Assembly (NCBI GenBank): GCA_002269645.1
Contig: NIVC01002516.1
Coordinates: forward strand, 62,001-126,000
DNA from: Macrostomum lignano
Taxonomy: Eukaryota
Direction of reading: 5' to 3'
Length of the DNA: 64,000 nucleotides
Part shown: positions 62,890 through 64,000 of the stretch, in pieces
Layout of the letters: the number at the start of each line of letters is the position of its first letter
How positions within the stretch are numbered: position 1 is the first letter of the stretch
The notes under the pieces: model-generated
Told to the model about the DNA's origin: nothing
What the model saw: only the letters and a program-made list of their open reading frames with translations
The model's database searches: none
Made by a program: the position numbers and the translations under genes

Positions 62890-63630
62890 ACACACGATGA
62901 GACATGAGAAACAAATGAGAAACACACGATGAGACATGAGAAACAAATGAGAAACACACGATAAGACACGAAAAACAAATGAGAAACACACGGTGAGACA
63001 TGAGAAACAAATGAAAACACACGGTGAGACATGAGAAACAAATGAGAAACACACGATAAGACACGAAAAACAAATGAGAAACACACGGTGAGACACAAGA
63101 AACAAATGAGAAACACACGATGAGACATGAGAAACAAATGAGAAACACACGATGAGACATGAGAAACAAATGAGAAACACACGATGAGACATGAGAAACA
63201 AATGAGAAACACACGATGAGACATGACAAACACACGAGAAACTCAGAAACGCACAAGAAACACACGGTGAGACATGACAAACACACGAGAAACTCAGAAA
63301 CGCACAAGAAACACACGGTGAGACATGACAAACACACGAGAAACTCAGAAACGCACAAGAAACACACGGTGAGACATGACAAACACACGAGAAACTCAGA
63401 AACGCACAAGAAACACACGGTGAGACATGACAAACACACGAGAAACTCAGAAACGCACAAGAAACACACGGTGAGACATGACAAACACACGAGAAACTCA
63501 GAAACGCACAAGAAACACACGGTGAGACATGACAAACACACGAGAAACTCAGAAACGCACAAGAAACACACGGTGAGACATGACAAACACACGAGAAACT
63601 CAGAAGCGCACAAGAAACACACGGTGAGAC
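62890..63630. repeat. Compound 32-bp / 51-bp minisatellite
   Basis: GAGACATGAGAAACAAATGAGAAACACACGAT units followed by 51-bp GAGACATGACAAACACACGAGAAACTCAGAAACGCACAAGAAACACACGGT units. Confidence 0.93.
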
Positions 63631-64000
63631 ATAACATAAGAAGCAGAACTGACACAAAAAACTGTTGATGCTCTTCAGGAAAAGAAAATCCAAAAAAGAA
63701 TCCAAAAGAGAATGGGCGTTGAGTAGCAAGTGAACACTGCAGGGGTTTTGCTCCTGCACCTAATCTGATCAGAGCAAACATATTTTGCAAGATGCCGCTA
63801 GCTGCACACACTCACTCAAGTTTTGGCACGCGCGGTAATTAGGTTAGACTGACTATAAGCTCCAAAATATTACTTGTATACGCGTATACATATTTGCAGG
63901 CATCTTGAAATATTATTACAAGGTTTCAAATGGGTACTGAGCCTATGGAGGTGCCAGACTTGAGTGCCAGTCAGGTTGTCTGTCAGGGACGGGAAAGTGG

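Overview
This is repeat-dense eukaryotic (metazoan) genomic DNA with spliceosomal GT-AG introns and TTAGGG-type telomeric motifs. GC-rich coding exons and minisatellite-packed introns suggest a free-living flatworm such as Macrostomum, which is inference only. I can support three protein-coding genes. (1) An intronless, divergent rhodopsin-class GPCR (+, 24333-25556). (2) A three-exon LAMTOR1/p18 Ragulator anchor (+, 35103-37609), reconstructed by hand and not visible as a single ORF. (3) An eight-coding-exon, seven-EC-repeat protocadherin (-, 52056-43479, about 1100 aa) with one apparent 1-nt frameshift just before its transmembrane helix. The first 22 kb is mostly head-to-tail chains of non-autonomous Helitron/Helentron-like elements, one family of which carries a nested hAT-like MITE with a 1.3-1.6 kb polypyrimidine core. 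This is followed by a decayed Penelope-like retroelement with an inverted pLTR bearing a degenerate minimal hammerhead ribozyme. There are more than 20 unrelated tandem arrays. The most unusual observation is that each intron of both spliced genes holds its own private tandem repeat, and several repeat units are built from sense-strand splice signals. The clearest case is LAMTOR1 intron 1, an array of 29-41 nt GT-branch-polyY-AG units. No CRISPR, rRNA or intact tRNA was found. Most long ORFs in the supplied track are artefacts of tandem repeats.
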